Source: Candidatus Poribacteria bacterium
GTDB lineage: Bacteria; Poribacteria; WGA-4E; WGA-3G
DNA: 64,000 nucleotides
Reading direction: 5' to 3'
Assembly: GCA_965215265.1 (NCBI GenBank)
Contig: OZ244048.1
Coordinates: 2,080,001-2,144,000 of the forward strand
A model generated the notes under the pieces. It saw only the letters and a list, made by a program, of their open reading frames with translations, was not told the origin of the DNA and did no database searches. A program made the position numbers and the translations under genes. Positions 63,877 through 64,000 of this stretch are shown here, one piece after another (positions within the stretch are counted from its first letter, which is position 1; each line of letters opens with the position of its first letter).

Positions 63877-63942
63877 ATGCTATCTTGTCAAACATGTCAA
63901 AGTCCACACATGACGAAAAACGGGTTTGGCCAACTCACCTAA
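63877..63942 (+). pseudogene. Possible IS transposase N-terminal zinc-ribbon remnant
   Basis: MLSCQTCQSPHMTKNG matches the C..C.S....KNG pattern of InsA-like Zn ribbons, then stops. Confidence 0.4.
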
Positions 63943-64000
63943 CATGTGGAGATAATTCTGTTCTTGGGGCTCGGCGCTTCATGCCCCAAACTGCCATCCC

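Noticed and set aside
1-64000. CRISPR array or long tandem DNA repeat
   Set aside because: No regularly spaced direct repeats were seen in any intergenic region and no cas genes are present. Repeats are protein-level (BNR, TPR, WD40, QW).

Overview
Bacterial genomic window, tentatively Candidatus Poribacteria. This is inferred only from gene content (PhyH, BMC/PduL, WD40 remnant, Rpn, GTAG-type palindromes). Left part: selenocysteine machinery (selB, tRNA-Sec), lipA, dapB/dapL, beta-propeller proteins, a PP2C sensor, a GHMP kinase-nucleotidyltransferase fusion and a PspA-like/AAA-ATPase pair. Centre (about 27.8-47.9 kb): a defence island with a four-gene Druantia-like DUF1998 helicase operon lacking a recognisable DruA, decayed genes, an Rpn nuclease with an internal SD/ATG, and a type III R-M system. 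Its mod gene is frameshifted at a G9 tract and separated from res by a DUF2280-like gene. Right part, the most striking observation: an ORF missed by the ORF track (52583..51528, minus strand) that reads through an in-frame UGA in a C-P-A-U motif followed by a SECIS-like hairpin. It is a candidate selenocysteine-containing outer-membrane beta-barrel, downstream of a Cys-rich RGPP leader-type gene and divergent from msrP. A small BMC satellite locus and envelope genes follow. All family assignments are by eye from motifs, with no database searches.
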